Shown: positions 11,209 to 23,683, numbered from the stretch's first letter. The stretch: 64,000 nt of DNA from Rhodothermales bacterium (GCA_965216255.1 OZ244148.1:838623-902622); one strand, 5' to 3'. Program-made: numbers and translations. The notes: generated from the sequence alone by a model not told the origin.

Positions 11209-12230
11209 ATTCGCAGGGTCCGCTGACGCACCACGTGATTAACCAGGACGGCGGCAAGCAGCATGCTTCCCAGACACACCTGGAACCAGTCTGCGTCCAC
11301 ACCGGAGAACACGATCCCCTGGCGCACCATGCCAAATATAAGTGCACCGAATACGGCGCCGACGGCTGAGCCGTACCCCCCGGTAAGCAGCGTGCCTCCG
11401 ATTACCACGACGATGATGGCATGAAACTCTCGCAATTCACCACGCAGGACATCCGCCCCGCTAAATGCCACGGCCTGCATCACACCCACGAACGCTGCAG
11501 CCAAAGCCGTGGTCACAAAAAGCGTGACCTTCACGCGTCCCGTAGGAACACCGACGCTGCGTGCAGCCATGGCATCGCCCCCGGTACCGAAAGCCCAATT
11601 GCCAAAGGGAGTCCTCAGCAGCACCCAGGTGGCCAGCGCAGCCAGCGCCAGCCACCAAAGGATGGAAATCGGAAAGTCTACCCCTGCAACCGGAATTTCC
11701 CCGGCGAAAATATGCCGCGCAGCATCGTATCCGGCTGCATCCTGCAAACCGCCAAGCTGCGTCCTCCCCGTGATAAGACGCGTCCCTCCGATGGTTGCGC
11801 CGCGGAAGATAAAGAGGGTTGCCAGTGTCACAATGAAGGAGGGCAGACCCGTCCGGATGACCAGATAGCCATTGAATAATCCCGCAATCACCGCAAACAG
11901 GATCACGGCGAGAAGGGATGCCCAGAGATTCCACCCAAACTGTACGCATAGAACGGTTAGCAGCATGCTCGCGGCCCCGATGATGGAACCCACCGACAGA
12001 TCGAATTCCCCGGCTATCATGAGCAGCGCCACCGCAATGGCAATAATGCCCAGCTCCGCAGATACTTCCAGGTAGGTAGCCGTCCCTCGTAGCGTCAGGA
12101 AACCCGTGTCGCCGGCAACCGCCGCGAAAAAGACCCACACACCAGCGGCGCCGGCCACGGAAGCAAGCTCTGGCCGAGCCAGAATCCGTCGGAGAAAAAA
12201 AATACGTCGCAGGTGCTGGTACAGGATCAT
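11205..12230 (-). CDS. Sugar ABC transporter permease (RbsC-like)
   Basis: Multi-TM protein with [17 protein letters not shown] and [13 protein letters not shown] motifs. Confidence 0.92.
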   Translation of the reverse strand: MILYQHLRRIFFLRRILARPELASVAGAAGVWVFFAAVAGDTGFLTLRGTATYLEVSAELGIIAIAVALLMIAGEFDLSVGSIIGAASMLLTVLCVQFGWNLWASLLAVILFAVIAGLFNGYLVIRTGLPSFIVTLATLFIFRGATIGGTRLITGRTQLGGLQDAAGYDAARHIFAGEIPVAGVDFPISILWWLALAALATWVLLRTPFGNWAFGTGGDAMAARSVGVPTGRVKVTLFVTTALAAAFVGVMQAVAFSGADVLRGELREFHAIIVVVIGGTLLTGGYGSAVGAVFGALIFGMVRQGIVFSGVDADWFQVCLGSMLLAAVLVNHVVRQRTLRI

Positions 12231-12296
12231 GGGTTACGTAGGCAGCCCACACTACGGCCGCGTAAGGCGGTGGCTATCCCGTCACCGCTTGCCGCC

Positions 12297-13352
12297 TTAC
12301 CGCGTCCCCTGGCGCGAAAGCTCGCGAAGGCGAGCGACATTATCCGCCGTAATGAACCCCGGACCGGTGCGAATGACATCGTGCGCGAGGAGGTTTTCAT
12401 TGCGTCTGTACAGCGCGAGCAGCACGACAGGAAGATATCCCTGCATATACTGTTGCTGATCAATGGCAAAAAGCATGGCTCCGTCCTCAATGGCCTGCAA
12501 AATCTCTGGACTTGCATCAAAGGTAGCCAGGCGAATGCGGCCATCACGACCGGTTTCGCGCAGCGCACGCAGTGCAGGCATGGCACCGGTGGGGCCCAGG
12601 GTCAGCAAGCCGTCAACGAGGGGATCTGCTCCGAGGGCGGCCTCTATGCGATGCTGGCTTTCCGTCGGGTCGGCAAGCTCTACCGCCAGTATTTTCATTT
12701 CGCCCGCCGCAGCGCGCAGCGCGGCCCCGAAGCCGTCGCAACGACGATCCAGAGCGAGATTGCCCACTTCCTGGTTAACGCACAGTGCCCTCCGTACTCC
12801 GGCTGCAGCCATGCGCTCACCACCGCCGTAGCCCGCTTCGTATTCGGTTTGGCCCACATGCAACAGGCTTCCGAGACGCTCCGCGGCGCCACTACCGGAG
12901 TTGATGCTGATCATGGGGATGCCTGCCTCCCGTGCCGCGTGAAGCGATGGAGCAAGGGCATCCGCATCCGGGAGGCTGACCACCAATCCATCCGGCCTGG
13001 ACGCCACAGCCGCATCAATCAGTTGCGCCATCGTCACCATATCGAATGACTCCGGAGCCTGATATTCAATGCGCGCTCCAACCTCGCCGCCAGCCACATT
13101 GGCCCCATTTTGCACGACCGACCAAAACGGATCGGAAGCCTGCCCATGTGTTACGAAAACGAATCGAAGCCGGGGCGCTTCGAGTGCGGAATCACTAGGC
13201 CGGCATGCGGAAAGTCCGGCCAAATTCAGCGCGGCCCACAAGATTAGCACGGGGGCCCCAAGCCGCCCGTAATCCCAGCACGTGCCCGTCAAAGAGATCC
13301 TCCGCATAACAGCTCTTACGCCCCGCCGCATTGAAGCACACCCATCTGCCAT
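12297..13352 (-). CDS. Sugar ABC substrate-binding lipoprotein (probably inositol)
   Basis: Peripla_BP-type fold features ([28 protein letters not shown]), lipobox LSAC, iol context. True start may be downstream. Confidence 0.85.
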   Translation of the reverse strand: MADGCASMRRGVRAVMRRISLTGTCWDYGRLGAPVLILWAALNLAGLSACRPSDSALEAPRLRFVFVTHGQASDPFWSVVQNGANVAGGEVGARIEYQAPESFDMVTMAQLIDAAVASRPDGLVVSLPDADALAPSLHAAREAGIPMISINSGSGAAERLGSLLHVGQTEYEAGYGGGERMAAAGVRRALCVNQEVGNLALDRRCDGFGAALRAAAGEMKILAVELADPTESQHRIEAALGADPLVDGLLTLGPTGAMPALRALRETGRDGRIRLATFDASPEILQAIEDGAMLFAIDQQQYMQGYLPVVLLALYRRNENLLAHDVIRTGPGFITADNVARLRELSRQGTR

Positions 13353-13567
13353 TTGTTATCTCGCTAGTTCCTGATTATCCTCTCGGGAGAGCAGCAAGCT
13401 GACCCGGACCAAGGCTGGCACAACCCACATCGGAGGTACGTTTCGATGATGACCGATCAGGCCGTAAAATACGCCGAAAAATTACGGTACCCGAACGCCT
13501 GGATATCCATGCTGTTGCCGCGCATGACGGCTGCATTCCATCGGTGCCCGGTCACCCATCCGAATGT

Positions 13568-15442
13568 CTACAAGAAATACCGTTCCTGCGAGCGGCTAGC
13601 CTCCCACGCCCTACGTGCGGCGTTCACCTTGGCCATTTTGCTTGTCTCGGCCACGGGCACGTCCCACCAGCTCTCATATCCCGGCACATCCTCATACCGG
13701 TCGGTCTCCACACAAATAACGGTCGTCTTGTTGACAGACCTGGAAGCCTTCAGTGCGCTGGCAACTTCCTCGTAGCCGGCGCACCGGATTACGTGGGCGC
13801 CCAGCGATTCCGCGTTGGCTGCCAGATCGACGGGCAGTGGTCGCACACGGGCCTCCCCGTCCCCCGGCAGGCAGCCTGCCTGCGGGTAGGCGTACCGCGT
13901 TCCAAAGCCGTCCTGGCCAAGAGATCTGCTCAATGCGCCGATGCTCTTGAAACCCTGGTTGTCCATCAATACGACCGTTAGCTTGTAGCCTTCCTGAATA
14001 GACGTCACGAGATCGGAAGAGAGCATGAGGTAACTGCCGTCCCCGACCAGGACATACACTTCCCTGTCCGGATCCGCCATCTTGATTCCCAGGCCTCCAG
14101 CTATTTCGTAGCCCATCGTACTGTATCCATACTCCATGTGATATTGCTTGGGATGCCGCGTCCGCCAAAGCTTGTGGAGATCTCCCGGCAGGCTGCCCGC
14201 TGCACACACCACGACCCCGTCCGCATCGCCCTGTTCGTTGACGATCCCAATGATTTCCCCCTGGCTTGGCAGCGGTGCATGGCGAATACCGTAGATGCGC
14301 TCAACCTCTCGGTCCCACTCCGCGCTGAGCTCCATGCAGTGCGTGCAATAGGCATCGTCAATCCTGTAGTCCCCTAGCTGCGCATTCAGCTCGTGCAGCG
14401 TGGCCCTGGCGTCGCCAACTAACGGCACGGCAGCATGTTTGTGCGCGTCGAAATCCGCCACGTTGATATTAATGAAGCGGACATCCGGATGTCGAAATTG
14501 TGTCTTGCTCGCGGTGGTAAAGTCGCTGTAGCGGGTTCCTATGCCGACAACGAGGTCGGCATCTCTTGCCACGCGGTTCGCCGCGAAGGTCCCCGTAACC
14601 CCTACGGCGCCGAGGCAGAGCGGGTCGTCGTAGCCCAGGCTACCCTTCCCGGCATGGGTTTCACAAACAGGGATGCCGCGGCGCAGCGCGAAGCGCCGCA
14701 GATCATCGGTCGCCTCGCTGTAGTGCACGCCGCCTCCTGCCACTATAAGCGGCCGGCGGCTCTGCCGAATCCATTCGGCCGCACGCGCCAGCGCTGCCGC
14801 ATCCGGCCGGCTACGCGCCACGTGCCAGGTTCGCTTTTCAAAAAGCGACTCGGGATAGTCATAGGCTTCCGTCTGCACATCCTGCGGCAGCGCCAGGGTC
14901 ACCGTGCCGGTATCCGCCGGGCTCGTGAGCACCCGCATCGCCTCCGGGAGCGCAGTGATGGCCTGGTCCGGCCGGTTAATGCGGTCCCAGTACCGACTCA
15001 CGGCACGAAAGCAGTCATTTACGGAAATATCCTGGGTGTGCTCGCTTTCGAGCTGCTGGAGTACGGGGGCAACATTGCGCCGTGCGAACAGATCACCCGG
15101 CAGAAGCAGCACGGGTAGCCGGTTAATGGTGGCCACGGCGGCGCCCGTGACCATATTCGTTGCTCCGGGCCCAATCGAAGAGGTACACACCAGGGTCTGC
15201 AGACGGTTCTTCATCTTTGCATAGGCTGCCGCCGCATGCACCATCGCCTGCTCATTGCGGCACTGGTAGTAGCGAAAATCGAGATGCTCCTGGAGCGCCT
15301 GCCCTATGCCGGCAACGTTGCCGTGTCCGAATATGCCGAAGCATCCTCCGAAGAACGGCTGCTCATGGCCGTCGCGCTCAACAAACTGGTTTTTCAGAAA
15401 CGCGATAATGGCCTGCGCCATCGTCATCCTTACCGTTGCCAT
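13568..15442 (-). CDS. iolD: 3D-(3,5/4)-trihydroxycyclohexane-1,2-dione acylhydrolase (decyclizing), ThDP-dependent
   Basis: GIFGHGNVAGIGQAL, SSIGPGATNMVT, EYGYSTMGYE, GDGSYLM and ESWWDVPVAE. Confidence 0.95.
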   Translation of the reverse strand: MATVRMTMAQAIIAFLKNQFVERDGHEQPFFGGCFGIFGHGNVAGIGQALQEHLDFRYYQCRNEQAMVHAAAAYAKMKNRLQTLVCTSSIGPGATNMVTGAAVATINRLPVLLLPGDLFARRNVAPVLQQLESEHTQDISVNDCFRAVSRYWDRINRPDQAITALPEAMRVLTSPADTGTVTLALPQDVQTEAYDYPESLFEKRTWHVARSRPDAAALARAAEWIRQSRRPLIVAGGGVHYSEATDDLRRFALRRGIPVCETHAGKGSLGYDDPLCLGAVGVTGTFAANRVARDADLVVGIGTRYSDFTTASKTQFRHPDVRFININVADFDAHKHAAVPLVGDARATLHELNAQLGDYRIDDAYCTHCMELSAEWDREVERIYGIRHAPLPSQGEIIGIVNEQGDADGVVVCAAGSLPGDLHKLWRTRHPKQYHMEYGYSTMGYEIAGGLGIKMADPDREVYVLVGDGSYLMLSSDLVTSIQEGYKLTVVLMDNQGFKSIGALSRSLGQDGFGTRYAYPQAGCLPGDGEARVRPLPVDLAANAESLGAHVIRCAGYEEVASALKASRSVNKTTVICVETDRYEDVPGYESWWDVPVAETSKMAKVNAARRAWEASRSQERYFL

Positions 15443-15460
15443 GGTATCCCCTTAATAGTG

Positions 15461-16471
15461 CTAGAGCCCACCCCTTGGCGCCACAAACCGCTCTACTTCC
15501 TCCATGGTGGGCATGAAGTTGGCGCACCCGTGGCGCGTAACCACGATGGCGCCGCACGCGTTTCCCAGGCGCGCAGCCGCATACCACGGCCATTCGTTCA
15601 CGTAGCCGTAGATAAAGCCTGCCGCAAAGGCGTCGCCGGCACCCAGAATATTATAGACTTCGACGGGGAACCCTGCAACATCAAGGCAGGCGCCGTCTTT
15701 CTGGTGGATGCAGGCGCCGCGCGCTCCCTGCTTTTCCACGAGCGCCGTGGAGCCCGCAGCAAGCAGCATGGCTATGGCCGCCGCCAGATCGCCGCTCACG
15801 CGGGCATCGGATACCTGCTGATGGGTGAGGCTTACCTTGGCGGCATCGTCCAGTGCTGCCGCCTTGATTTCGTCCTGCGTCCCGATGACAATGTCTACAA
15901 GAGGCAGGGCTGCACGGATCGCTATACCAAATGCACGCGGATCATGCCACTGATCCGGCCTGAAATCCAAGTCCAGAATGACGGGGACGCCCGCGGCGCG
16001 AGCAACTTCTGCCGCAAACAGGGTTGCGCTGCGGCTGGATTCCTTGCTCAGATTCGTACCCGCAAACTCGAACGCGCGGCTGTTTGCAATGGGCGTTCCC
16101 TGGACATCCTCTATGCTAAGCGCGTTGTCTGCGCAATGGTCGCGATAGTAGACCAGGGGGAAGCGGTCCGGGGGCTCAATACCGAGGATAACCGCGCTGG
16201 TCCTGCGACCCGGCTTGCGGGCTATGAAGCCGGTCTCTACACCCTCCCGCTCCAGGAATTGTGTTACAAAGTCTCCAACGGGATCCTCCCCGACGGCCGT
16301 CAGCAGTGCCGTTTGCAGCCCCAGCCGCTGGGCCCCGACGCTGATATTTGTCGGCGATCCCCCTACGTACGCGGCAAAGCTCTTGATGTCCGGAAAGGGC
16401 GCACCAACATCGTTGGCGTAGAGGTCGATGGAGGAGCGCCCCATCGTTATCAGATCAAACGTCGTTCGCAA
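15461..16471 (-). CDS. iolC: 5-dehydro-2-deoxygluconokinase (PfkB family)
   Basis: GRSSIDLY, VGGSPTNISVG, DLDFRPDQW and GAGDAF; directly upstream of iolD. Confidence 0.92.
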   Translation of the reverse strand: MRTTFDLITMGRSSIDLYANDVGAPFPDIKSFAAYVGGSPTNISVGAQRLGLQTALLTAVGEDPVGDFVTQFLEREGVETGFIARKPGRRTSAVILGIEPPDRFPLVYYRDHCADNALSIEDVQGTPIANSRAFEFAGTNLSKESSRSATLFAAEVARAAGVPVILDLDFRPDQWHDPRAFGIAIRAALPLVDIVIGTQDEIKAAALDDAAKVSLTHQQVSDARVSGDLAAAIAMLLAAGSTALVEKQGARGACIHQKDGACLDVAGFPVEVYNILGAGDAFAAGFIYGYVNEWPWYAAARLGNACGAIVVTRHGCANFMPTMEEVERFVAPRGGL

Positions 16472-16510
16472 TGTGCTAACTCAGTGGATTCAAGGATGCC
16501 GTGCAGACCG

Positions 16511-17212
16511 CTAGTCTCGCGTCTGGATAAAGAAGGTCAGCACGTACCAGAACAGCAGTGCTACCGAGGCAAATAGCTGCAGTGCGGCGCCGACATGCCG
16601 GTCCTGCGGAAAATGATTCATGACGTTCGAAGTGTCGTAGAGTATTGCGCCTCCGGCAAGCGCAATCATACCCACGGAAAAGAAAGTACCCAGATTGAAC
16701 CCGAATATCACCGAGGCCACAATCAGGACGATAGCCATAATGAAGCCCCAGCGCAGCGCCCCAGCCAGAAACGAGAAGTCACGCCTCATCACGTGCACGA
16801 CGCCGGTAAGGGCCGCGAAACCGAGGATGGTTACGGACGCGGCGCTTTCTATGGCCCCGGGCGCCACCGCCGTGGCCAGAAAGAGCAGCGGCACGAAGAT
16901 GATGGCCTCCGCAAGAACAAACGCTCCGAGCGCGGCATACTGCGCCCCCACGGACCGAGAACGTAGCGCAGTCTTGCTCGCGAACCAGCCGACCACCATG
17001 AACCCACCAAGGACCACCAGCCAGGATACGCCGAGTAGGACCCCGGCAATCTGTTCGGCAAGTCCGCTGGAGAAAAGCCACATCTCGAGGAGAACAAAAA
17101 GCAATATGGCACCCAGAAGGTGCATGTAGGTCCGCGTAATGAACGTGGCGCGGGTGCTGACATCCTGCCAGGCCACCGGCTCTTCACGCGTCATGTTATA
17201 GGACGGGCTCAT
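16511..17212 (-). CDS. Bax inhibitor-1/YccA family membrane protein
   Basis: About 7 TM segments; FITRTYMHL, ILYDTSNV and AALQLFASVALLFWYVL. Confidence 0.85.
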   Translation of the reverse strand: MSPSYNMTREEPVAWQDVSTRATFITRTYMHLLGAILLFVLLEMWLFSSGLAEQIAGVLLGVSWLVVLGGFMVVGWFASKTALRSRSVGAQYAALGAFVLAEAIIFVPLLFLATAVAPGAIESAASVTILGFAALTGVVHVMRRDFSFLAGALRWGFIMAIVLIVASVIFGFNLGTFFSVGMIALAGGAILYDTSNVMNHFPQDRHVGAALQLFASVALLFWYVLTFFIQTRD

Positions 17213-17251
17213 GCGTTGTAATTGGTGATATGTCGGAAGGACCGCGCGCCG

Positions 17252-18262
17252 TCACTCGACGGCAATCATCGCCTTGACTAGCCCCGGCGTCGTGGCCAGG
17301 GCGGCGAAGCGCCCCGGAAGCTCCTCCAACGCGTAGCGGTGGGTAATGAGTTTCGCCGCCTCCGGCATGCCTCTTTCAAGGCGCGCAAGAACATGCCGGA
17401 AGTCTTCGCTGCGACCGTTGCGGCTTGCGAGTACCGTTAATTCGCGGCGGTGAAAATCGGGGTCTGGAAACGCAAAGTCCCCGGGGATGATGCCCACGCA
17501 CACCATTCTGCCTCCAGGCCCCGTAAGGCGGTAGCTTTCTTGCATGCCTTGCTCGTTTCCCGTCGCATCCACTACCACGCGGGGCAAGTCGCCGCCAAAA
17601 TACGTGCGCAGTTGCCGCTCCAACGCGCGCCCTGGCGCCAAGACCCGGGCCTGCTCCAGTACTTTTCCGGCAGCCCGACGGCGATCAGCGCGGGCATCTA
17701 CCAGTGCCAGCGTGGCACCGATATCCCGGGCAAAGAACGCAGCGGCCAGCCCGATCGGGCCAAGCCCCGTGACCAGGGTGGGCTCCCCTTTTACCACCCG
17801 CGAGCGCACAATGGCATGCCGGCCCACAACCAGAGGCTCTACCAGGGCCAATATTTCGGCAGAGAGGACAGGACTCGGATATAGCTGGGTGGCCGGAACG
17901 GTAAAGAACGGGGCACAGCCGCCGTCGCGATGGATACCCAGCACCACGAGCTCTTCGCAGCAGTTGGTAAAGCCCCGCCGGCAGGCTGCACACCTCCTGC
18001 AACACAAGTACGGATCGACGGCGCAGAGCGTGCCTGCTGCCAGTGAATCCGCTTCCACAATCCGCACGGCCAGCTCATGCCCGAGGCGCCTCGGGTAGGT
18101 AAAAACTGGCTGCTGCCCCGCGAACGCGTGCAGGTCGCTGCCACAAATGCCGACGCACACCGAGGACACGAGGGCTTCGCCCACAAGTGGCACAGGCACC
18201 GTGTCTTTTCGCCAGACAAGTCGTCCCGGCGCCTCAAGCACAAGGGATTGCATGTCTGCCAT
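17252..18262 (-). CDS. Zinc-binding MDR-family alcohol/sugar-acid dehydrogenase
   Basis: GICGSDLH, GHE and CCRRCAACRRGFTNCC Zn cluster, GLGPIG. The start ATG overlaps the DAHP synthase stop (TGATG). Confidence 0.85.
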   Translation of the reverse strand: MADMQSLVLEAPGRLVWRKDTVPVPLVGEALVSSVCVGICGSDLHAFAGQQPVFTYPRRLGHELAVRIVEADSLAAGTLCAVDPYLCCRRCAACRRGFTNCCEELVVLGIHRDGGCAPFFTVPATQLYPSPVLSAEILALVEPLVVGRHAIVRSRVVKGEPTLVTGLGPIGLAAAFFARDIGATLALVDARADRRRAAGKVLEQARVLAPGRALERQLRTYFGGDLPRVVVDATGNEQGMQESYRLTGPGGRMVCVGIIPGDFAFPDPDFHRRELTVLASRNGRSEDFRHVLARLERGMPEAAKLITHRYALEELPGRFAALATTPGLVKAMIAVE

Positions 18263-19623
18263 CACACCTGCACGTCCATTTGCTGACACTTCTGTACAAT
18301 GCGCAGCGCCATCTCAAGCGACTGCTCCGCATTGAGCCGGGGATCAATGCGAGAATGGTAGGCCCGGTCCAGGTCGGCCTCGGCGATGCCACTGGCGCCG
18401 CCGAGGCATTCCGTCACGTCCTCTCCCGTTAGCTCAAAATGTACTCCGCCCAGCGCGGTCCCGGTGCGCGCATGTATGTCAAAAGCCAGTTCCAGCTCTG
18501 CAAGGATATTCTCAAAGCGGCGTGTCTTGCGTCCGTTTTCCGCGCGCTCCGTATTGCCATGCATAGGATCGCAGCACCAAAGCACGGCGCTCCCGGACGA
18601 CCTGACAGCCTGCGCCAGGCGCGGCAGGCTGCGCTCAATGTGCTGTGCTCCGAATCGGGTAATTAGCGTAAGTCGTCCCGGTTCATTGGCAGGATCCAAA
18701 ATTCGTATCAGCCTCCTCAACTCGCCGGGGTCCATGTCAGGTCCGACCTTTACGGCAATGGGATTGCGGATGCCGCGCATGTATTCCACGTGGGCTCCCG
18801 AATGAGATGCCGTCCGTTTGCCGATCCACGGAAAATGCGTGGACAGGTTGTAATGCCCGGCCCCGTGCCGCATGAAGCGGGTCAGAGCCTGTTCAAACGG
18901 AAGATGCAGCGCCTCATGACTGGTATAAAAATCCACCCGGCTCAGCCCGCTGATCGGCCCTTCCGCTACCGTATCTGCAAACTGCAGGGCGTCACGGACA
19001 GTGCGGACAATCGACTGATACTCGTGGATCAGCGGGGAGCGGGCCGCGAAATCCAAATTCCAATAGCCTACGTTTTGCAGGTCCGCGAATCCGCCGACGG
19101 AGAGCGCACGCACGTAGTTGAGTATCATCGCCGAACAGTGATAAGCCCTAAGAAGTCTCTTCGGATCCGGGCGGCGTGCCTGCTGTGTGAAGGCGTCTCC
19201 GTTTACGTTGTCGCCCCGATAGCTTGGAAGCGTAGTGGCACCACGTGTTTCGTCGGCCTCACTGCGCGGCTTGGCGTACTGCCCAGCGAAGCGTCCAACG
19301 CGTGCCACCGGTTTCCTGAGGCCGTAGATGAGAACAACGCTCATCTGCAGCAGGATCTTGAGGCGATTCTCTATGACATTTTCCCGGCAGTCTCCAAAAC
19401 TCTCTGCGCAGTCTCCACCTTGCAACAAAAACCTCTGGCCGACAGCGGCCTCGCCAAGCTGCACGCGCAGGGCCTCGATTTCCCAGGACGTAACGAGCGG
19501 CGGTAGCAGCCGGATTTCATCCAGCACCGCCCGCAGTGCAGCGGCTTCGGGGTATGCGATAGGCTGGACCACTTCCCTATCCTGCCACGACCCCGGGTGC
19601 CAATCCGGCCTTTGAATCTCCAT
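18262..19623 (-). CDS. Class II 3-deoxy-7-phosphoheptulonate (DAHP) synthase
   Basis: LLQGGDCAESF, RFAGQYAKPRS, SYRGDNVNG, CDPMHGNT and DPRLNAEQSLE. Confidence 0.93.
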   Translation of the reverse strand: MEIQRPDWHPGSWQDREVVQPIAYPEAAALRAVLDEIRLLPPLVTSWEIEALRVQLGEAAVGQRFLLQGGDCAESFGDCRENVIENRLKILLQMSVVLIYGLRKPVARVGRFAGQYAKPRSEADETRGATTLPSYRGDNVNGDAFTQQARRPDPKRLLRAYHCSAMILNYVRALSVGGFADLQNVGYWNLDFAARSPLIHEYQSIVRTVRDALQFADTVAEGPISGLSRVDFYTSHEALHLPFEQALTRFMRHGAGHYNLSTHFPWIGKRTASHSGAHVEYMRGIRNPIAVKVGPDMDPGELRRLIRILDPANEPGRLTLITRFGAQHIERSLPRLAQAVRSSGSAVLWCCDPMHGNTERAENGRKTRRFENILAELELAFDIHARTGTALGGVHFELTGEDVTECLGGASGIAEADLDRAYHSRIDPRLNAEQSLEMALRIVQKCQQMDVQV

Positions 19624-19764
19624 GCTGGATCATTCTTGCCAAGGGGCTGCATTACGCCAGGCCTGACGGGGCGTTTCTTCCGGGACCGTGATTATGCCTC
19701 GCTGCAGGCAACGAAACGCGAAGGCTTGCGTTGGACAATCGTCAAATGCTAATGCGTTGGAATC

Positions 19765-20670
19765 ATGCCTACCCGCGCTTATCTCGTGCTCCTGCCGCTT
19801 GTAGCCGCCGCTTGTGACAGCACTTCGGCAGAGACCGAGGAAGTCGGTCTTTATTCTGTGCACCTCGTCCTGTACGATCTAATGCCGCTGCCAGATGGCT
19901 ATCACTACGAGGGCTGGACGGCCAGTGCAGGCGGTGAGGAGTTTTCCACGGGCAAGTTTACCGCAGACCTCGACGGAAATATCTTGGACTTGGGTGGAAG
20001 CCCTGTTCTGGGAGGTAAATTCACCGGTTCCGTGGACCTGACCGAATCGGCGCAGTTTTTCATAACCATAGAGCCGGGAGGAGACGCAGACCATGCGCCG
20101 AGCAGAACACGGCTCGTAGCCGGCACATTTGCAGAGCTACGCGCCGACCTAACGGTCTTAGAAGGCATCCACGCATCCATTGGTGCGGCCACCGGCACTT
20201 TCATTCTGTCAACCCCGACGAATGGCCCAGACAGCAACGAAGACAGTGGCCTCTGGTTTATCAACATTACGGGGGGCATACCCGCGCGCGGCCTGATGGT
20301 CCCTTTTCCCCTAACGGGATGGAATTACCATGGATGGGTGTCCATTGACGGGATAACGGTCACCACCGGCCCCATCCTCGGACCCTCCACAGCCGATGGT
20401 GCGGCTCCCCATAGCGGCTCCCTGCCAGGATTTTCCTATCCCGGAGAGGACTTTCTGGAGAAAGCCCCGGATGGGCTGACATTCCCCACATCTGTAGGTG
20501 CTGCCCGGGTCTTCGTGTCGCTCGAGCCCGATCCTGATCCGAGTCCGGATCCGTCGTACTTGGTGCTCTTCGATGGCCGCGTGCCCGGCACGCCCCTCGT
20601 GGCCAACAATTACACGCTCGCAAATCAGGTAAGTACGTTTCCGAGCGGTCGGGTGCGGATCAGCGACTAG
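19765..20670 (+). CDS. Uncharacterised lipoprotein with an internal duplication
   Basis: Lipobox AAAC at Cys17; repeated GYHYEGW..STGKF / GWNYHGW..TTGPI units. Confidence 0.7.
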   Translation: MPTRAYLVLLPLVAAACDSTSAETEEVGLYSVHLVLYDLMPLPDGYHYEGWTASAGGEEFSTGKFTADLDGNILDLGGSPVLGGKFTGSVDLTESAQFFITIEPGGDADHAPSRTRLVAGTFAELRADLTVLEGIHASIGAATGTFILSTPTNGPDSNEDSGLWFINITGGIPARGLMVPFPLTGWNYHGWVSIDGITVTTGPILGPSTADGAAPHSGSLPGFSYPGEDFLEKAPDGLTFPTSVGAARVFVSLEPDPDPSPDPSYLVLFDGRVPGTPLVANNYTLANQVSTFPSGRVRISD

Positions 20671-21010
20671 CGTCGGGCCTCCGGGCACGGTTTTTTTTAC
20701 GGCTCCGCTCCCTCTGCTCGCGGACCTGCCGTTCAACAGCATCCAACGCTTCCAGCACCGGATGCGACACCGTGTCGGCTACGCGTACCGCAGCGACATT
20801 TCCCAACTTATGGTAGATAACGATCCGCACTCGATATTCCGTGTGCCGGTTGGTGCCGCCTACCGGGTTGACCGCCACACTCGCCCCCGAGATGCCGCGG
20901 TGACCACCGGCCAGCCTCTGTAGCCTATTCTCGACCTTGTTGCGGAGGAGGTCTGTAAACTCCTCGGTCTCGGTATGAAACTCGATGCCTATGTCCGTCC
21001 TGGTAACCAT
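20660..21010 (-). CDS. HPF/RaiA-family ribosome-associated protein
   Basis: 116 aa with an S30AE-like pattern (IEFHTE..LRNKVENRL..L..H..I..ASV...YRVRIVI...VLEALDAVERQV). Confidence 0.6.
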   Translation of the reverse strand: MVTRTDIGIEFHTETEEFTDLLRNKVENRLQRLAGGHRGISGASVAVNPVGGTNRHTEYRVRIVIYHKLGNVAAVRVADTVSHPVLEALDAVERQVREQRERSRKKNRARRPDASR

Positions 21011-21051
21011 TCTTTCTCCTCCTTGTTGTTTTCGCCGCTTAAGTTAAGTAC

Positions 21052-22560
<1,509 letters not shown>

Positions 22561-22782
22561 CTGGGGCAGGTGGTCAGATCCTAGCGCCCGGTGCCGGCGC
22601 CTTCGGGGCTTCTCCAGGAAGAATGGCCACAAGAATTACGGCTCGCCACATTGGTTCCGGAGACAAACGAACTTGATTTGATCCGCGTAGAGATTTGATA
22701 GCGCTAGACAATCCAGCATGCCGCTCTCACAAAGCGCGCCGGCTGGATCAAAATGCCCAAATCTGCGTGGAACCGGCCACTT

Positions 22783-22855
22783 GCCAATGTAGCTCAGTTG
22801 GTAGAGCAGCTCACTCGTAATGAGCAGGTCAGCGGTTCGAGTCCGCTCATTGGCT
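22783..22855 (+). tRNA. tRNA-Thr(CGT)
   Basis: Acceptor GCCAATG/CATTGGC, D-arm GCTC-AGTTGGTA-GAGC, anticodon stem GCTCA/TGAGC with loop CTCGTAA, T-arm AGCGG-TTCGAGT-CCGCT. CCA is not encoded. Confidence 0.97.
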
Positions 22856-23039
22856 CCTCCATTTACGGCCGATAAATAGCGCTGCACGGCCATGCCTGGC
22901 CTTACTTCTTTCCTAAGGCGGACGTGGCGGGCCGCTAGAGACCGTTTCGTCTGGTGTGGCCCCGACCATAATCCGCGCCGACGCGGCACCGGAGTTGAGC
23001 CACAAGGCCTTGGTGACGGCCGAGGCCACCCGCCTCCTA

Positions 23040-23683
23040 ACCAGCGGCTGAGAAAGATAATGGCTCGGTACCGCGTGGCGGTCAATACATCGGCGAGCCC
23101 GTCCTTGTTAAGATCAGCTACCGCCAGATCGATTCCGACGCCGCTGTGGTTGTTTATGAGTTCCGCTACATACTGCACCCTCTTACCATTGCGGACGAGC
23201 CGGAACCAGTAGATAACCGGAGGCCCGAAGGGGTCGGGATCCGATGGATTTCCCCCGAAATGCGCCCACCAGCGCTTCCCTGCTACGATGTCCTTTAAGC
23301 CGTCACCGTCGGCTAGCGCCAACGCGTGCAGCGCCGCGAACACCACACCCTCATTCGGATGCACGAAATCGTCCATGATCGTGTGCTGTTCGAACGAGAT
23401 ACTGCCGTCCGGTGCACGCTTTTGCTCAAACCAGGCAAGGCCGAAACCGTGCGCTTCGAGACTGGTGACGACATCATTCAATCCGTCACCGTTCACATCG
23501 TAGGCAAAGGTCCTGCCTCCACCGGGTCCGCCTTGCTGCGCTCCTCAGCGTCCTAAGGATTCCGCGTGGTAAATCCACGGCGGGCCGGTTAGGACCTCCG
23601 GTTGTTCCCACCAGCCGTAGGCCTGTATGATATCCATTCGAGAGTCGCCGCTGATGTGACCCGCTCCGAGACCGTGGGCAAAC
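23040..23683 (-). pseudogene. C-terminal half of a split FG-GAP/VCBS-repeat (plus DUF1080-like) gene
   Basis: Reads FAHGLGAGHISGDSRMDIIQAYGWWEQP..*..AYDVNGDGLNDVVTSLEAHGFGLAWFEQ..DLNKDGLADVL, with an in-frame TGA at 23545-23547. The 3' limit is approximate. Confidence 0.8.
23677..23683. repeat. Left target-site duplication GGCAAAC of the IS66-bounded block
   Basis: Identical to 40256-40262; abuts GTAAGCG. Confidence 0.85.

Noticed and set aside
13353-13567. Gap in the iol cluster as a remnant of iolB/iolE or an ncRNA
   Set aside because: No recognisable homology or convincing structure.
9239-16576. Long antisense ORFs (for example 9239-10303, 12213-13049, 15236-16576; also 58861-59835)
   Set aside because: Shadow frames of well-supported genes in GC-rich DNA, with no motifs.
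22636-23496. 286-aa ORF running antisense through tRNA-Thr
   Set aside because: Only the part above about 23040 is FG-GAP-like. The rest is read-through of a pseudogene into non-coding and tRNA antisense sequence.
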